Shown here: positions 10,731-20,005 of the stretch, one piece after another
How the letters are laid out: each line of letters opens with the position of its first letter
Numbering within the stretch: the stretch's first letter is position 1
Assembly (NCBI GenBank): GCA_963702535.1
Contig: CAVPDG010000022.1
Location: 31,691-95,690 of the forward strand
DNA: 64,000 nucleotides
Direction: 5' to 3'
DNA from: an uncultured Chloroflexia bacterium
GTDB taxonomy: Bacteria > Chloroflexota > Anaerolineae > Anaerolineales > UBA4823
Program-made: the position numbers and the translations under genes
The notes under the pieces: generated by a model
What the model was told of the DNA's origin: nothing
The model's input: only the letters and a program-made list of their open reading frames with translations
Database searches by the model: none

Positions 10731-11731
10731 TTGAGTGTGAAGGTCATCTTGTCGGATGCCACATCCTCTGGCGCGGTCACATGGAAGCGCGCCCAGGCGT
10801 TCACCGCATTGCTGAACTCCAGCGAGTAGCTTAACGTGTAGGTGCCCGCATCCAGAGCGCCCGTCACCGGCGCCGGCAGGTCGAGCGGGAAACCCGTCTC
10901 CGCTTCGAGGCTGTAGGTCACGGTAGCCGGGCGGGTCAGGGTGAACTTGGCGATGAAGTTGAACGTGTGTGGGCACGCTCCTTCAAAAGCCGCGTTATCG
11001 ACGGCAAGGCTGACGTCTGTCACCGTCTTCCCGCTGGCGCCCGGCGTCAGGGTGATCGATGGCGTGCTCGAGCTGCTTGCAGCCTGCACGTTGATCTCCA
11101 CGTACACCGGCTGGTCGCTGTTCGGTCCCACTCCAAAATTCTTCTGGCTGGCGTTGCGCAGCATCCAGAAGCCAAAGTAATTACCACCCTGGTCCGGAGC
11201 CTTCATGCTCACCGAGACGTCCACGGTTTCACCGGGGGGCACGTTCTTGGGCAGCGGCGCCGATGCAGAAGCACCCATCTGGTTGCCGCTCATGAAGACC
11301 AAAGTGTAAGCTGGCGTCCAGGTGGCGCTGCCCGAGTTCTTCAAGCGCCAGGTCTTGGTGAAGCTCTCGCCTGGCGTGAAGAGTGTTCCGTCCGGCACGC
11401 TGACGTCTAAGACGAACTCCGCCTTATCCGTTCCGCCTGCCGCCGGCGAGAGCGCCGGGGTAAGGTTTGCGGTCGGGCTCGCCCCTTGCGTCACACTTGC
11501 CGCCTGGGTCGCCGTTGCAGAGCTGGGCGTGGCAGAGGCAGGTAGCGGGGATGGCAGGCTGGTCGCCTGGGCGCTCATCCGCGCCAATGCCGTCGATGCC
11601 GCCGCCGTCAGTATCACGGCAGGATCAGGCACGGTGGGCGTGGGCGTTTGCTCACTCCCACCGCAGGATGCCAGCATCAGGCTGGCAACCAGAACTACCC
11701 CCCAGATGGTTTTCCTGGATACCCAAGACAC
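10721..11731 (-). CDS. Lipoprotein with NBR1-Ig-like domain
   Basis: Lipobox LASC, Pro/Thr linker, DVSVPDGT..FTKTWRLKNSG..W..VPPGETVDVSV. Confidence 0.8.
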   Translation of the reverse strand: MSWVSRKTIWGVVLVASLMLASCGGSEQTPTPTVPDPAVILTAAASTALARMSAQATSLPSPLPASATPSSATATQAASVTQGASPTANLTPALSPAAGGTDKAEFVLDVSVPDGTLFTPGESFTKTWRLKNSGSATWTPAYTLVFMSGNQMGASASAPLPKNVPPGETVDVSVSMKAPDQGGNYFGFWMLRNASQKNFGVGPNSDQPVYVEINVQAASSSSTPSITLTPGASGKTVTDVSLAVDNAAFEGACPHTFNFIAKFTLTRPATVTYSLEAETGFPLDLPAPVTGALDAGTYTLSYSLEFSNAVNAWARFHVTAPEDVASDKMTFTLKCE

Positions 11732-11758
11732 AAATAACCTCCCATACCCCGGTAGCAG

Positions 11759-12943
11759 CTAGTGCTCGATGCGCAGTGAATTCCAGATCGCCCAATCGTC
11801 CGTAGCCGCCCCGTTTGCCCGCACGGTCAGGATAAAACGCACATTCTGCCCTTTGATCCCCGACAGGTCAACGTCGATATCGATCAGCTTTCCTGTGCAG
11901 GTCTTGGTCCAACCTTTGACCGGACGGATCGTCGATCCATCATAGTAGCTGACCTGGAAGATCACATCACCTTCTCCGCATGTGCCATCCGGGTTCATCA
12001 TGAAACCAATTCTGCCCTTCAGGTGGTCTCCCTGCTGCACCAGGTATGCCGGGTAAATCCCGTTGACATAGCCATCGATATCGTGCTTCGGGAAATTCAG
12101 CAGCACGCGCCCGGATTTAGCGCCTGTCTCCAGCTTGACCTGGTCCACGATCTTCGCCGTGCCATTCGGGTCGTCATCTGCCCCGCCGAACGTCAGCGGT
12201 GAACCCGAGGAGTCGCCGACACCGCTCGACCACTCCGCTTGCGAAGCCCGGGCGATGAAATCGAACAGCAATCCGGTCGCTACCGGCACTTTGATCTGCG
12301 CCCAGAAGGGCTTGTTCCCATCTCCCAACCCGAAGATGACGTTGGACGCATTGCGCAGCTTGAAATCGCTGCGGTAGGTCCCGCCGTCATTCGGCGCGGT
12401 CAGCGTAACCGAAATATCCACGCTCTCTCCCGGCGCCACGTTGCGCGGCAGCGGCGACGCCGCAGGCGCGCCCATCGCAGCCCCGCCCACGAACACCAGC
12501 GCATAGGCTGTCGTCCATGTGCAGGAGCCGTCGTTTTGCAGCCGCCAGATCTTGTCGAACTTCGTCCCCGGCAGCACTTCCGTGTTATCCGGGTAGGTCA
12601 CATCCTTTACAAACTTGATGCGGTCGCATGGCACCGGCGTCGGCGAAACTGGCAGGCGCGTGACCGTGGGGCTTGGCAGCGGCAGTGTAGGCACGGCAGA
12701 TGGCGGCAGTGTAGCCGGCGCAGGGAATGTCGGCACGCCTGTCGGCGCGCCTGGCGTTGCCACGGCAGAAGTTGCCGGCGGTTGGGAAACCTGTGTCATC
12801 TGCACCGCCAGGGTCTCTGCCGCTGCGGTATAGATCAGGTCCGCCTCGGAGGGCGTCGGTGTGCCGCGCGGCATGTTGCAAGCTAACGCCGGCAGTAAGA
12901 GCATAAAGACAAGGATCAGGAAGCGATTGCCAGGGAAGCGCAT
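11759..12943 (-). CDS. Lipoprotein with NBR1-Ig-like domain and a C-terminal beta-sandwich (NPCBM-like)
   Basis: ATG at 12943, lipobox ALAC, DVTYPDNT..FDKIWRLQNDGSCTW; C-terminal DIDVDLSG..DDWAIWN. Confidence 0.75.
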   Translation of the reverse strand: MRFPGNRFLILVFMLLLPALACNMPRGTPTPSEADLIYTAAAETLAVQMTQVSQPPATSAVATPGAPTGVPTFPAPATLPPSAVPTLPLPSPTVTRLPVSPTPVPCDRIKFVKDVTYPDNTEVLPGTKFDKIWRLQNDGSCTWTTAYALVFVGGAAMGAPAASPLPRNVAPGESVDISVTLTAPNDGGTYRSDFKLRNASNVIFGLGDGNKPFWAQIKVPVATGLLFDFIARASQAEWSSGVGDSSGSPLTFGGADDDPNGTAKIVDQVKLETGAKSGRVLLNFPKHDIDGYVNGIYPAYLVQQGDHLKGRIGFMMNPDGTCGEGDVIFQVSYYDGSTIRPVKGWTKTCTGKLIDIDVDLSGIKGQNVRFILTVRANGAATDDWAIWNSLRIEH

Positions 12944-12954
12944 ACTCTTTCTCC

Positions 12955-13860
12955 TCAAGGGATGGTGAAATCTACGATCTTGTCCACACAGGTCCCGCTC
13001 GGTCCATTTTGCGTGCATAGCCGGATCGTTGCCCGCGCCGAGTGCCCGGAATTACCCTCGCCCACAGCCCCGCCAATGTAGCCGGTTGCCCCTACTTTCA
13101 GCAAATCTCCCCCGTAGGGGCATTCCGTGTTGGTGCCCATGAAGGGGGCGTCGTTGCTTTCCGGACCAAACAGCACAACATTGTCAGTCAGGTCATCGAT
13201 CTTCAGGGTCACGGAGTGCCAATCAGCGGTGCCGCTATTGACAATCTTGAAGATGGCGGTTGGTGTATCAATGCAAGTATGCACATTGTCGAAGGACGCC
13301 GTAAATAACGCCCCTGGAGTAGCAGTCGGGGTGGCAGTTGGCGGGGGCGGCGGCGGCGTAATTACCGGCAGAGTGCTCACATTGCCCTCTACCCTGGTTG
13401 TCTCGCCCCATACCCAGCAGAACTGCCCCGCCTTACCCGGGTTAGCAATGTACCACCACGTGCTGGTGTCATTGCGTCCCCTCACTTCAGATTTCTGCCC
13501 GGGCATCAGCATCCCCACCGGCGGGTCGTAAATTGTGCTGGGACCCAGCCGGCAGTTGGTGCCCACGTCAGCGCTGATCAACGGGAATGCCGATGTAGCC
13601 GTGACAACCGGTGCGATCGTTGGTGTGAGCGTAGGCGTCCCAGTCGGCGGCAGCGGCGTAAGCGTGGCGGTGGGTTGCGCGTTTGCCGTCATGGTCAGGT
13701 TGGCGTCGATGGTCTCAGCAGCCTGCGTAAAGTAGACATCCGGTGAGACCTGGGTAGGGGTTGCAGCGCCTCCCGGCAGGTTGCAGGCGCTCAGCGCCAG
13801 CAAGCATAGGATAACCACCCCCGCAATTCCCCCAGACCACAGCATCCGTTTCGATCGCAT
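12955..13860 (-). CDS. Lipoprotein with SH3b-like domain
   Basis: Lipobox LSAC; TNCRLGPSTIY..VRGRN..WWYI..CWVWG. Confidence 0.7.
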   Translation of the reverse strand: MRSKRMLWSGGIAGVVILCLLALSACNLPGGAATPTQVSPDVYFTQAAETIDANLTMTANAQPTATLTPLPPTGTPTLTPTIAPVVTATSAFPLISADVGTNCRLGPSTIYDPPVGMLMPGQKSEVRGRNDTSTWWYIANPGKAGQFCWVWGETTRVEGNVSTLPVITPPPPPPTATPTATPGALFTASFDNVHTCIDTPTAIFKIVNSGTADWHSVTLKIDDLTDNVVLFGPESNDAPFMGTNTECPYGGDLLKVGATGYIGGAVGEGNSGHSARATIRLCTQNGPSGTCVDKIVDFTIP

Positions 13861-14015
13861 TTCTCCTCCAGGATTAAGTGCCTTTGGTAGAGTTTACATC
13901 GAGTTAATTGAAAAAGCAACACTCGAGTAGGGTCGGGCTCTTATTAAGACGAAAACCCGCCCCTGCCTGTTCCCAGATGCAGAGACGGAGTAGCCTGGTC
14001 AGTTGGCTGCCGGCT

Positions 14016-15389
14016 TCAATGGGCGATCGTCAGCAGCTCGAGCGGCATCCTGCCGGCGCTCTTGAGCAAAGTCGCCTGCATCGACCACGGTCCGCTCCAC
14101 GTCACCTGGACGGGTCTCACCTGCCCCAGCAGGTCTTCCTCCGCTTCGACGAAGACCAGTTTATTGGTGGGCGTGCGCCCCTTCCACCTGCCGCGCACTT
14201 TCTCCTCGAAGAGCACGTCCACCACCTGCCCCAGGTAGCGGGCATTGATCTCAGCCACGATGCGCTCCTGCTGTTCCTCCAGCAGCCGGAAACGCCGCCA
14301 TTTTTCCGCTTCGGGCACATCGTCGGGCATGCGGCGCTCGGCGACCGTGCCGGGTCTGGGCGAATAGCGCGCCAGGTGCGCCACATCCAGCCGCAGCTCC
14401 TCCAGCAGGTCATAGGTACGCTGGAAGCGCTCCTCGCTCTCGCCGGGGAAGCCCACGATGATATCAGTGGCGATCGATATCCCTGGAAAATCAGCCCCTC
14501 CCAGCCGCTCGCGGATCTTAGCCACCAGCCGGCGATAATCACCGGCAGTGTAGCCGCGTTTCATCTCTTCCAGCACCTGGTCATCGCCCGCCTGCACCGG
14601 CACCTCGATATGTGGCATCACTTTCGGCAGTTCCGCTACCGCATCCAACAGCTCATCTGTCATCCAGTTGGGATGCGAGGTCAGGAAGCGGATGCGCTCC
14701 AAGCCGTCGATCGGGTGGATGGCGCGCAGCAGTCCCGCCAGGCTGGGACCATCGGACACATCCTTGCCATAGCGGTCCACGATCTGCCCCAGCAGCGTGA
14801 CCTCCTTGACTCCTTGCGCCACGAGCGAGCGCACCTCACCGGCGATCTCCCCCACCGGGCGGCTGCGCTCCACGCCGCGCCGGTATGGGATGATGCAGAA
14901 TGTGCAGGCATGCGAGCAGCCCAGCACAACCGGCACGTGCGCCGAGACCAACGCCCCGCGCTCGTGCAGCGGCAGCATAAGTCCATCATCCATCGCGCCA
15001 AAGCGCCTCTCCGTCTCTGCCTGCTCCAACTGGCGGCTTTCATCCTGCGTCAGGAACGCTACCAACGGACCGGGATCAGATGGCGGCGAAAAAACGTCTA
15101 CAAAAGGAAAGCGTTTTTTGAGATGGTCATAACCCTTAACGCCAACCAGGCAGCCCATCAGGTTGATCACCAGTCCAGGGTGCTTGTCCTTCAGCGGGCG
15201 CAGATTGTGCAGGTGACCGATCGCCTTGTCTTCGGCGCTCTGGCGCACGACGCAGGTGTTCAACACCAGCACGTCAGCTTCCTCCACGCCTTTTGCCGCC
15301 TGGTAGCCCAGCCCTTCCAGGGCAGATGCCACGCGCATCAAATCGGCTACGTTCATCTGGCAGCCTTCTGTCCAAATGTGATATTTCAT
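14016..15389 (-). CDS. miaB: tRNA-2-methylthio-N6-dimethylallyladenosine synthase
   Basis: TEGCQMN, NTCVVR, radical SAM CSHACTFC, IIVGFPGE, YSPRPGT, C-terminal TRAM domain. Confidence 0.92.
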   Translation of the reverse strand: MKYHIWTEGCQMNVADLMRVASALEGLGYQAAKGVEEADVLVLNTCVVRQSAEDKAIGHLHNLRPLKDKHPGLVINLMGCLVGVKGYDHLKKRFPFVDVFSPPSDPGPLVAFLTQDESRQLEQAETERRFGAMDDGLMLPLHERGALVSAHVPVVLGCSHACTFCIIPYRRGVERSRPVGEIAGEVRSLVAQGVKEVTLLGQIVDRYGKDVSDGPSLAGLLRAIHPIDGLERIRFLTSHPNWMTDELLDAVAELPKVMPHIEVPVQAGDDQVLEEMKRGYTAGDYRRLVAKIRERLGGADFPGISIATDIIVGFPGESEERFQRTYDLLEELRLDVAHLARYSPRPGTVAERRMPDDVPEAEKWRRFRLLEEQQERIVAEINARYLGQVVDVLFEEKVRGRWKGRTPTNKLVFVEAEEDLLGQVRPVQVTWSGPWSMQATLLKSAGRMPLELLTIAH

Positions 15390-15537
15390 GTCCAATATTA
15401 TAACATTTAGGCGTTACGCAATTGTGACGAGATGATCCCCGCGCTCCATTTCTGGGGCTTTCTTCACCGAGAACCTTAAGTCCCCGGGCTATTAATCAAA
15501 CATTAATCTCGGCGCTCAATATTCCTCAATATTCTTG

Positions 15538-15565
15538 TTGACATTTTGACAAACTGTGCTAATAT
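15538..15565 (+). promoter_or_regulatory. Sigma70-like promoter of the lysW operon
   Basis: TTGACA(15538)-N16-TAATAT(15560) with an extended -10 TG. Confidence 0.55.
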
Positions 15566-15575
15566 TTTTGCCAAT

Positions 15576-15659
15576 ATGCCCGCCTTGCCTGTCTACTTGC
15601 GCTTGCGTCCCTTCCCCCCGGGGTCTCTCAAGAGAGGGTTAAGGCGCGTCTTGGCATAG
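15576..15659 (+). CDS. Putative attenuator leader peptide MPALPVYLRLRPFPPGSLKRGLRRVLA (27 aa)
   Basis: Short ORF just downstream of the promoter and upstream of a terminator; 5 Arg, 6 Leu, 1 Lys; not in the ORF track. Confidence 0.5.
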   Translation: MPALPVYLRLRPFPPGSLKRGLRRVLA

Positions 15660-15688
15660 ATAATCGTTAAATTGTTCGTTCTGGCGCT

Positions 15689-15722
15689 AGAGGACCTCTC
15701 TTCATCGATGAGGTCCTTTTTT
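15689..15722 (+). terminator. Intrinsic terminator (attenuator) in the lysW leader
   Basis: AGGACCTC...GAGGTCCT stem followed by a T-run, about 30 nt upstream of lysW. Confidence 0.75.
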
Positions 15723-15753
15723 GTTATCTACAAATCTTTAGGAGGAAGAAGAT

Positions 15754-15921
15754 ATGACTGCAAACTGTCCTGAATGTGACGCCCAAATGAATTTGGTTGA
15801 TGTCGTCAAAGGCGAGATCGTTGTGTGTCCAGATTGTGGCGTGGACCTGGAGGTAATGGAGATCCAGCCTGAGATAAACCTCGCCCTCGCCCCTATGGAA
15901 GCTGAAGATTGGGGCGAATAA
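15754..15921 (+). CDS. lysW: Amino-group carrier protein LysW (55 aa)
   Basis: Hand translation [55 protein letters not shown]: two CxxC motifs and the C-terminal EDWGE; AGGAGG RBS; missing from the ORF track. Confidence 0.97.
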   Translation: MTANCPECDAQMNLVDVVKGEIVVCPDCGVDLEVMEIQPEINLALAPMEAEDWGE

Positions 15922-15985
15922 AGCTCCCGGATGCTCGCTCCCGGACCCAAAACTCGATACCTACTATCCGCGAGGAGAAAAAACC

Positions 15986-16885
15986 TTGAAAATCGGCGTG
16001 CTTTACTCACGTATTCGTGTTGAAGAAAAATGGCTATTTGAGGCGCTTGAGAAACGCGGCGTGGACTACGATCGCCTGGACGACCGCGAAGTCGTATTTG
16101 ACCTGAGGGATCCGGGCCCCTGGCAAGCATACAGCGTAGTATTGGAACGTAGCCTCTCTTATACCCGCGGTCTTTATGCGGTGCAGGTGCTGAACCGCTG
16201 GGGAATACCTACTGTAAACAGCGCAGCCGTTTCTGCTACCTGTGGGGATAAGTTATTGACTTCCTCGGCGTTGCAGGCTGCGGGCGTACCCCAGCCTCGC
16301 GTCATTCTGGCATTCACGCCTGAATCCGCGCTCCAGGCAATGGAGATGCTGGGCTATCCGGTGGTGTTGAAGCCGGTTGTCGGTTCCTGGGGCAGGTTAG
16401 TCTCCAAGGTAAATGACCGTGAGGCTGCAAGTGCCCTGCTTGAGCATCGGGACGTTCTGGGAAATTACCAGCAGCAGGTTTACTATATCCAGGAGCACAT
16501 CCGCAAGCCGGGGCGCGACATCCGCGCCTTTGTGATCGACGAGGAGACGATCGCGGCCATCTACCGCACATCAGACAATTTCATCACCAACACTGCCCGG
16601 GGTGGGACCGCGATGAATTGTCCGGTGACGCCCGACCTTAACGCCATATGCCTGGCTGCCGCCCAGGCTGTCGGAGGCGGCGCGTTGGCGATCGATCTCC
16701 TGGAGGACCCCGATCGAGGTTTCTTGGTAAACGAGGTCAATCATACGATGGAATTCCATGCTTCAGCGCCTGCCACAGGCGTCGATATTCCGGGTAGGGT
16801 TATCGACTACGCCATGAGCATCGCTGGGAGGTTGACCATCCGCTCTGCAATATATGCCTGCCCCATTGTACGCACAGGCAGATGA
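15986..16885 (+). CDS. lysX: LysW ligase (RimK/ATP-grasp family, LysX/ArgX)
   Basis: [35 protein letters not shown]. Confidence 0.92.
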   Translation: MKIGVLYSRIRVEEKWLFEALEKRGVDYDRLDDREVVFDLRDPGPWQAYSVVLERSLSYTRGLYAVQVLNRWGIPTVNSAAVSATCGDKLLTSSALQAAGVPQPRVILAFTPESALQAMEMLGYPVVLKPVVGSWGRLVSKVNDREAASALLEHRDVLGNYQQQVYYIQEHIRKPGRDIRAFVIDEETIAAIYRTSDNFITNTARGGTAMNCPVTPDLNAICLAAAQAVGGGALAIDLLEDPDRGFLVNEVNHTMEFHASAPATGVDIPGRVIDYAMSIAGRLTIRSAIYACPIVRTGR

Positions 16886-16906
16886 TATTCCTCTTCAGGT
16901 AAGCTC

Positions 16907-18088
16907 GTGATTGATTTAATGAACGTAATCGAGCAGGAAGATCGCTATACGTCTGGGCTTTACACCAAGCGACCGGTCGTGATTGAGCGCGGCAGCGGTG
17001 CTCATTTGTGGGATATCGATGGAAAAGAATACATCGATTGCGTTGGAGGGCAGGGAACCGCTAACGTAGGTCATGCCAATCCCTTCGTGGCAGAAGCCAT
17101 TTCACGGCAGGCCGGTGTGCTGATCTCGTGCCCCGAAATGTTTTATAATAGCCGCCGCTCTGCGCTCGCCGAAAAACTGGTCAGTATTTCTCCCGCCGGA
17201 TTGGATCGGGTTTATCTATGCAACTCCGGCACGGAAGCCATCGAAGCGGCGATCAAATTTGCCCGCCTCAAAACCGGGCGCACCGAGCTGGTGGCTGCCA
17301 TGCGCGGCTTCCACGGGCGCACCCTGGGCGCCCTTTCTGCCACCTGGGAGAAAAAGTACCGCGAGCCTTTTGAGCCGCTGGTGCCAGGCGTTCGGCACAT
17401 CCCCTACAACGACGTGCCCGCCCTGGAAACAGCCATCACCGAGAGCACAGCCGGGGTTATCCTGGAAGTGGTGCAGGGAGAGGGCGGCGTCCGCCCAGCG
17501 ACAACGGGATTCCTGCTGGAGGCGCAAAGGTTGTGCCGCCAGAGAGGCGCATTGCTCATCATCGATGAGGTCCAGACCGGCTTTGGGCGCACAGGCAAGA
17601 TGTTCGCCTGCCAGCATAGCGGTCTGCAGCCAGATATCCTCTGTGTGGCGAAATCGATCGGCGGCGGCATCCCCATGGGCGCTGTTCTTTTTGGGGAGCG
17701 TGTTGGAAAGCTGCCTTCCCAGGTGCATGGCTCGACCTTCGGCGGGAACCCCTTAGCCTGTGCCGCAGCGCTCGCGGCGATCAACTATATCCTGGATAAC
17801 CACCTCGCAGAACAATCTGCTGAGCTGGGGAACTGGTTCATCAACCGGCTGGCGCAGATACGCTCGCCACTGATCCGCGAAGTCCGCGGTCTGGGTTTGA
17901 TGGTCGGGATCGAGCTCAAGCAGAAAGTTACGCCTTACTTGATGGAATTAATGGATAGGGGTGTGCTGGCATTGCCAGCGGGGCTCACGGTGATGCGCTT
18001 TCTGCCCCCACTGGTAATTACTCGCCAGGATCTTGTTGTCGTGTCTGATTATGTCGAAGAGGTGCTCAGCCGTCCGTTGCCAGAGTAG
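16907..18088 (+). CDS. lysJ: [LysW]-semialdehyde aminotransferase (class III PLP, ArgD-like)
   Basis: NSGTEA, GFHGRT, DEVQTG, AKSIGGG, HGSTFGGNP; lies in the lysW cluster. Confidence 0.88.
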   Translation: MIDLMNVIEQEDRYTSGLYTKRPVVIERGSGAHLWDIDGKEYIDCVGGQGTANVGHANPFVAEAISRQAGVLISCPEMFYNSRRSALAEKLVSISPAGLDRVYLCNSGTEAIEAAIKFARLKTGRTELVAAMRGFHGRTLGALSATWEKKYREPFEPLVPGVRHIPYNDVPALETAITESTAGVILEVVQGEGGVRPATTGFLLEAQRLCRQRGALLIIDEVQTGFGRTGKMFACQHSGLQPDILCVAKSIGGGIPMGAVLFGERVGKLPSQVHGSTFGGNPLACAAALAAINYILDNHLAEQSAELGNWFINRLAQIRSPLIREVRGLGLMVGIELKQKVTPYLMELMDRGVLALPAGLTVMRFLPPLVITRQDLVVVSDYVEEVLSRPLPE

Positions 18089-18115
18089 AAGCGGCGCAAT
18101 CGCTGGTCGGATCGC

Positions 18116-19174
18116 TCAAGCATCTCCGGGGCATAGTGTGGATAGAACGCTCGTCAGTACCTGCACCGAACGCCTGTATTCCTCCAGCACCAGGTGCTCG
18201 CCGGGGGTATGGTCGAGCGCCGAATCCCCCGGACCATAGGCAACCGCCGGGCAGCTCCAGGCTGGAGCGACAATGTTCAAATCGGCGGTGCCGGTCTTGA
18301 CCACAAAACCCGGTGAGCCACCTACCTGGCGGATCCCTGCCAGGAATGCTCGCACCAGGGGTGTGTTCTTCTCAGCCTGGTATGCCGGAATAGCAAAACT
18401 GGCAGGCGTTCGCTCAGCCTCTGGGGCGATCTCAGCCAGGCGCTGGAACCAATCCTCGGGGGTCATTCCCGGCGGCAGCCGGACCCCCACCCGCAACCTG
18501 GCCCATTCAGTGAACCCGTCGCTGCCCGAGTCAAATCCCCTCAGCGAAGGGCTTACCTGATCGAAGACCCGCTCACGCCCTGTATTGAACGCCCTGCTCC
18601 AACCCTGGATCGCCTTCCAGGCTTCGACTGCCGCCTCACAGGCGTTCAGCGCTTGTGCAGCCGGGTGAGCAGTTGGCTGGCGCAAAGTATATCAACCTAT
18701 CGCACTTCCCTTGTAGCCCAGGGTGACCCGTTCCCAACGCGACGGCTCGCCGATGATGGCGTATTCTGGGCGATACTGGTCGACGATAAAACGCGCCCCT
18801 GCTGAATCGCTCTCCTCATCCACCGCCCCGATCAGGACAATTTGCCAGCCGGGGATGGCGCCCAAGCCCGCAGCAGTATCCACGAAAGCCGCCAGTGGAC
18901 CTTTGGCGTCCACCGAGCCGCGGCCGTAAAGTTTCCCGCCTTCCACCCGCGCTGCAATCTCGCCCGGCACAGTATCGATGTGACCCAGCAAGACGAACTG
19001 GCGCCTCCCATCTCCTAAAATCCCAACGGCATTGCCGACCGGATCAACAAACGCCCTGGAGTAGCCTAATTCCTGCATGCGCCCCACCAGCCAGGCAACC
19101 GCCTCCCCTTCTTGTCCGCTAGGGCTGTAATGCTCGACCAATCCTAACAGAGTGGCATACTCATCCATGCCCAT
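18116..19174 (-). CDS. lysK: [LysW]-lysine/ornithine hydrolase (M20, ArgE-like); frameshift near 18690
   Basis: LGHIDTVPG, GRGSVDAKGP and GEPS..LGYKG in ORF 18692..19174; KTGTAD..YGPGDSALDHTP in ORF 18116..18685. Confidence 0.88.
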
Positions 19175-19977
19175 CAGGCGATCACCGTGCCTTTTCCTGC
19201 CAGAGCCCTGGAAATGGGGTCCTCCACCCGTCCGTCGGCGATCACTACTTGTTTGACCCCGCCCTGCAATGCCTCCTCAGCTCCCAGGACTTTCTTCTTC
19301 ATCCGGCCCTGGGCGTACTCCAGCGCTTGGGGCAGGTGCTGGCGAGAAAGGCTGTCGATCAGGCTGCTCTCGTCGGGAAAATTCCGCATCAATCCGGGCG
19401 CCGCGGTCAGCAAAATCAGGCTCTCGGCCTGCAGCGCCGCGGCGATCATCGCTGCGGCACGATCGGCGTCTACATTGAGGGCTTCTCCAGCCGGGCTGAT
19501 GGCTAGCGGAGCTATCACCGGCAGGTAGCCCTGCTCAAGGAGTGTTCTCAACAGCATCTCATTCACCTGCTCCACCTTGCCGGTGAAATCATCCCGGATC
19601 ACTTTGCGCTTTCCATCCTCAATCACCTGAACGGTTGCCTTCCGCGTGGCGGTCATCAGCCGGCCATCCAGCCCGCTCAGTCCGATGGCGTTCACGCCCA
19701 GGGATTGAATTTGCTCGACCAGGAGCGAGTTCACCTTGCCATTTACCGCCATCAAAAAGATTTCGAGCGTGCCGCGATCCGTGTAGCGTGAGGTATAGCC
19801 CGAAGGCGAGGTCAAGAAGCGCGGCGGAGAGCCAAGTTTTTCGCCCAGGTCATTTGCCTCCGCTGAGCCGCCGTGCACCATTACCAGCTGCTTCCCTTGA
19901 GCCAACAAAGCTGCCGTATCCCGGCATACTGCCCCAAAATCCACCCCCTCGGTACCACCGATCTTCACAACGATCAT
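19174..19977 (-). CDS. lysZ: [LysW]-aminoadipate/glutamate kinase (ArgB-like)
   Basis: VVKIGG, VHGGS, TSPSGYTSRYTD, LNVDADRAA, GRMKKK. Confidence 0.92.
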   Translation of the reverse strand: MIVVKIGGTEGVDFGAVCRDTAALLAQGKQLVMVHGGSAEANDLGEKLGSPPRFLTSPSGYTSRYTDRGTLEIFLMAVNGKVNSLLVEQIQSLGVNAIGLSGLDGRLMTATRKATVQVIEDGKRKVIRDDFTGKVEQVNEMLLRTLLEQGYLPVIAPLAISPAGEALNVDADRAAAMIAAALQAESLILLTAAPGLMRNFPDESSLIDSLSRQHLPQALEYAQGRMKKKVLGAEEALQGGVKQVVIADGRVEDPISRALAGKGTVIA

Positions 19978-20005
19978 TGCCTGGTCTCCTCAAATACCCG
20001 GTGAG

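Noticed and set aside
13908-15410. Long ORFs antisense to real genes (e.g. 13908..15410, 41672..42814, 49227..51461, 55088..56170)
   Set aside because: Shadow ORFs expected in high-GC DNA; no recognisable motifs
15505-15535. CTCAATATTC direct repeat as an ArgR box
   Set aside because: Does not fit the ARG palindrome; the binding factor cannot be assigned
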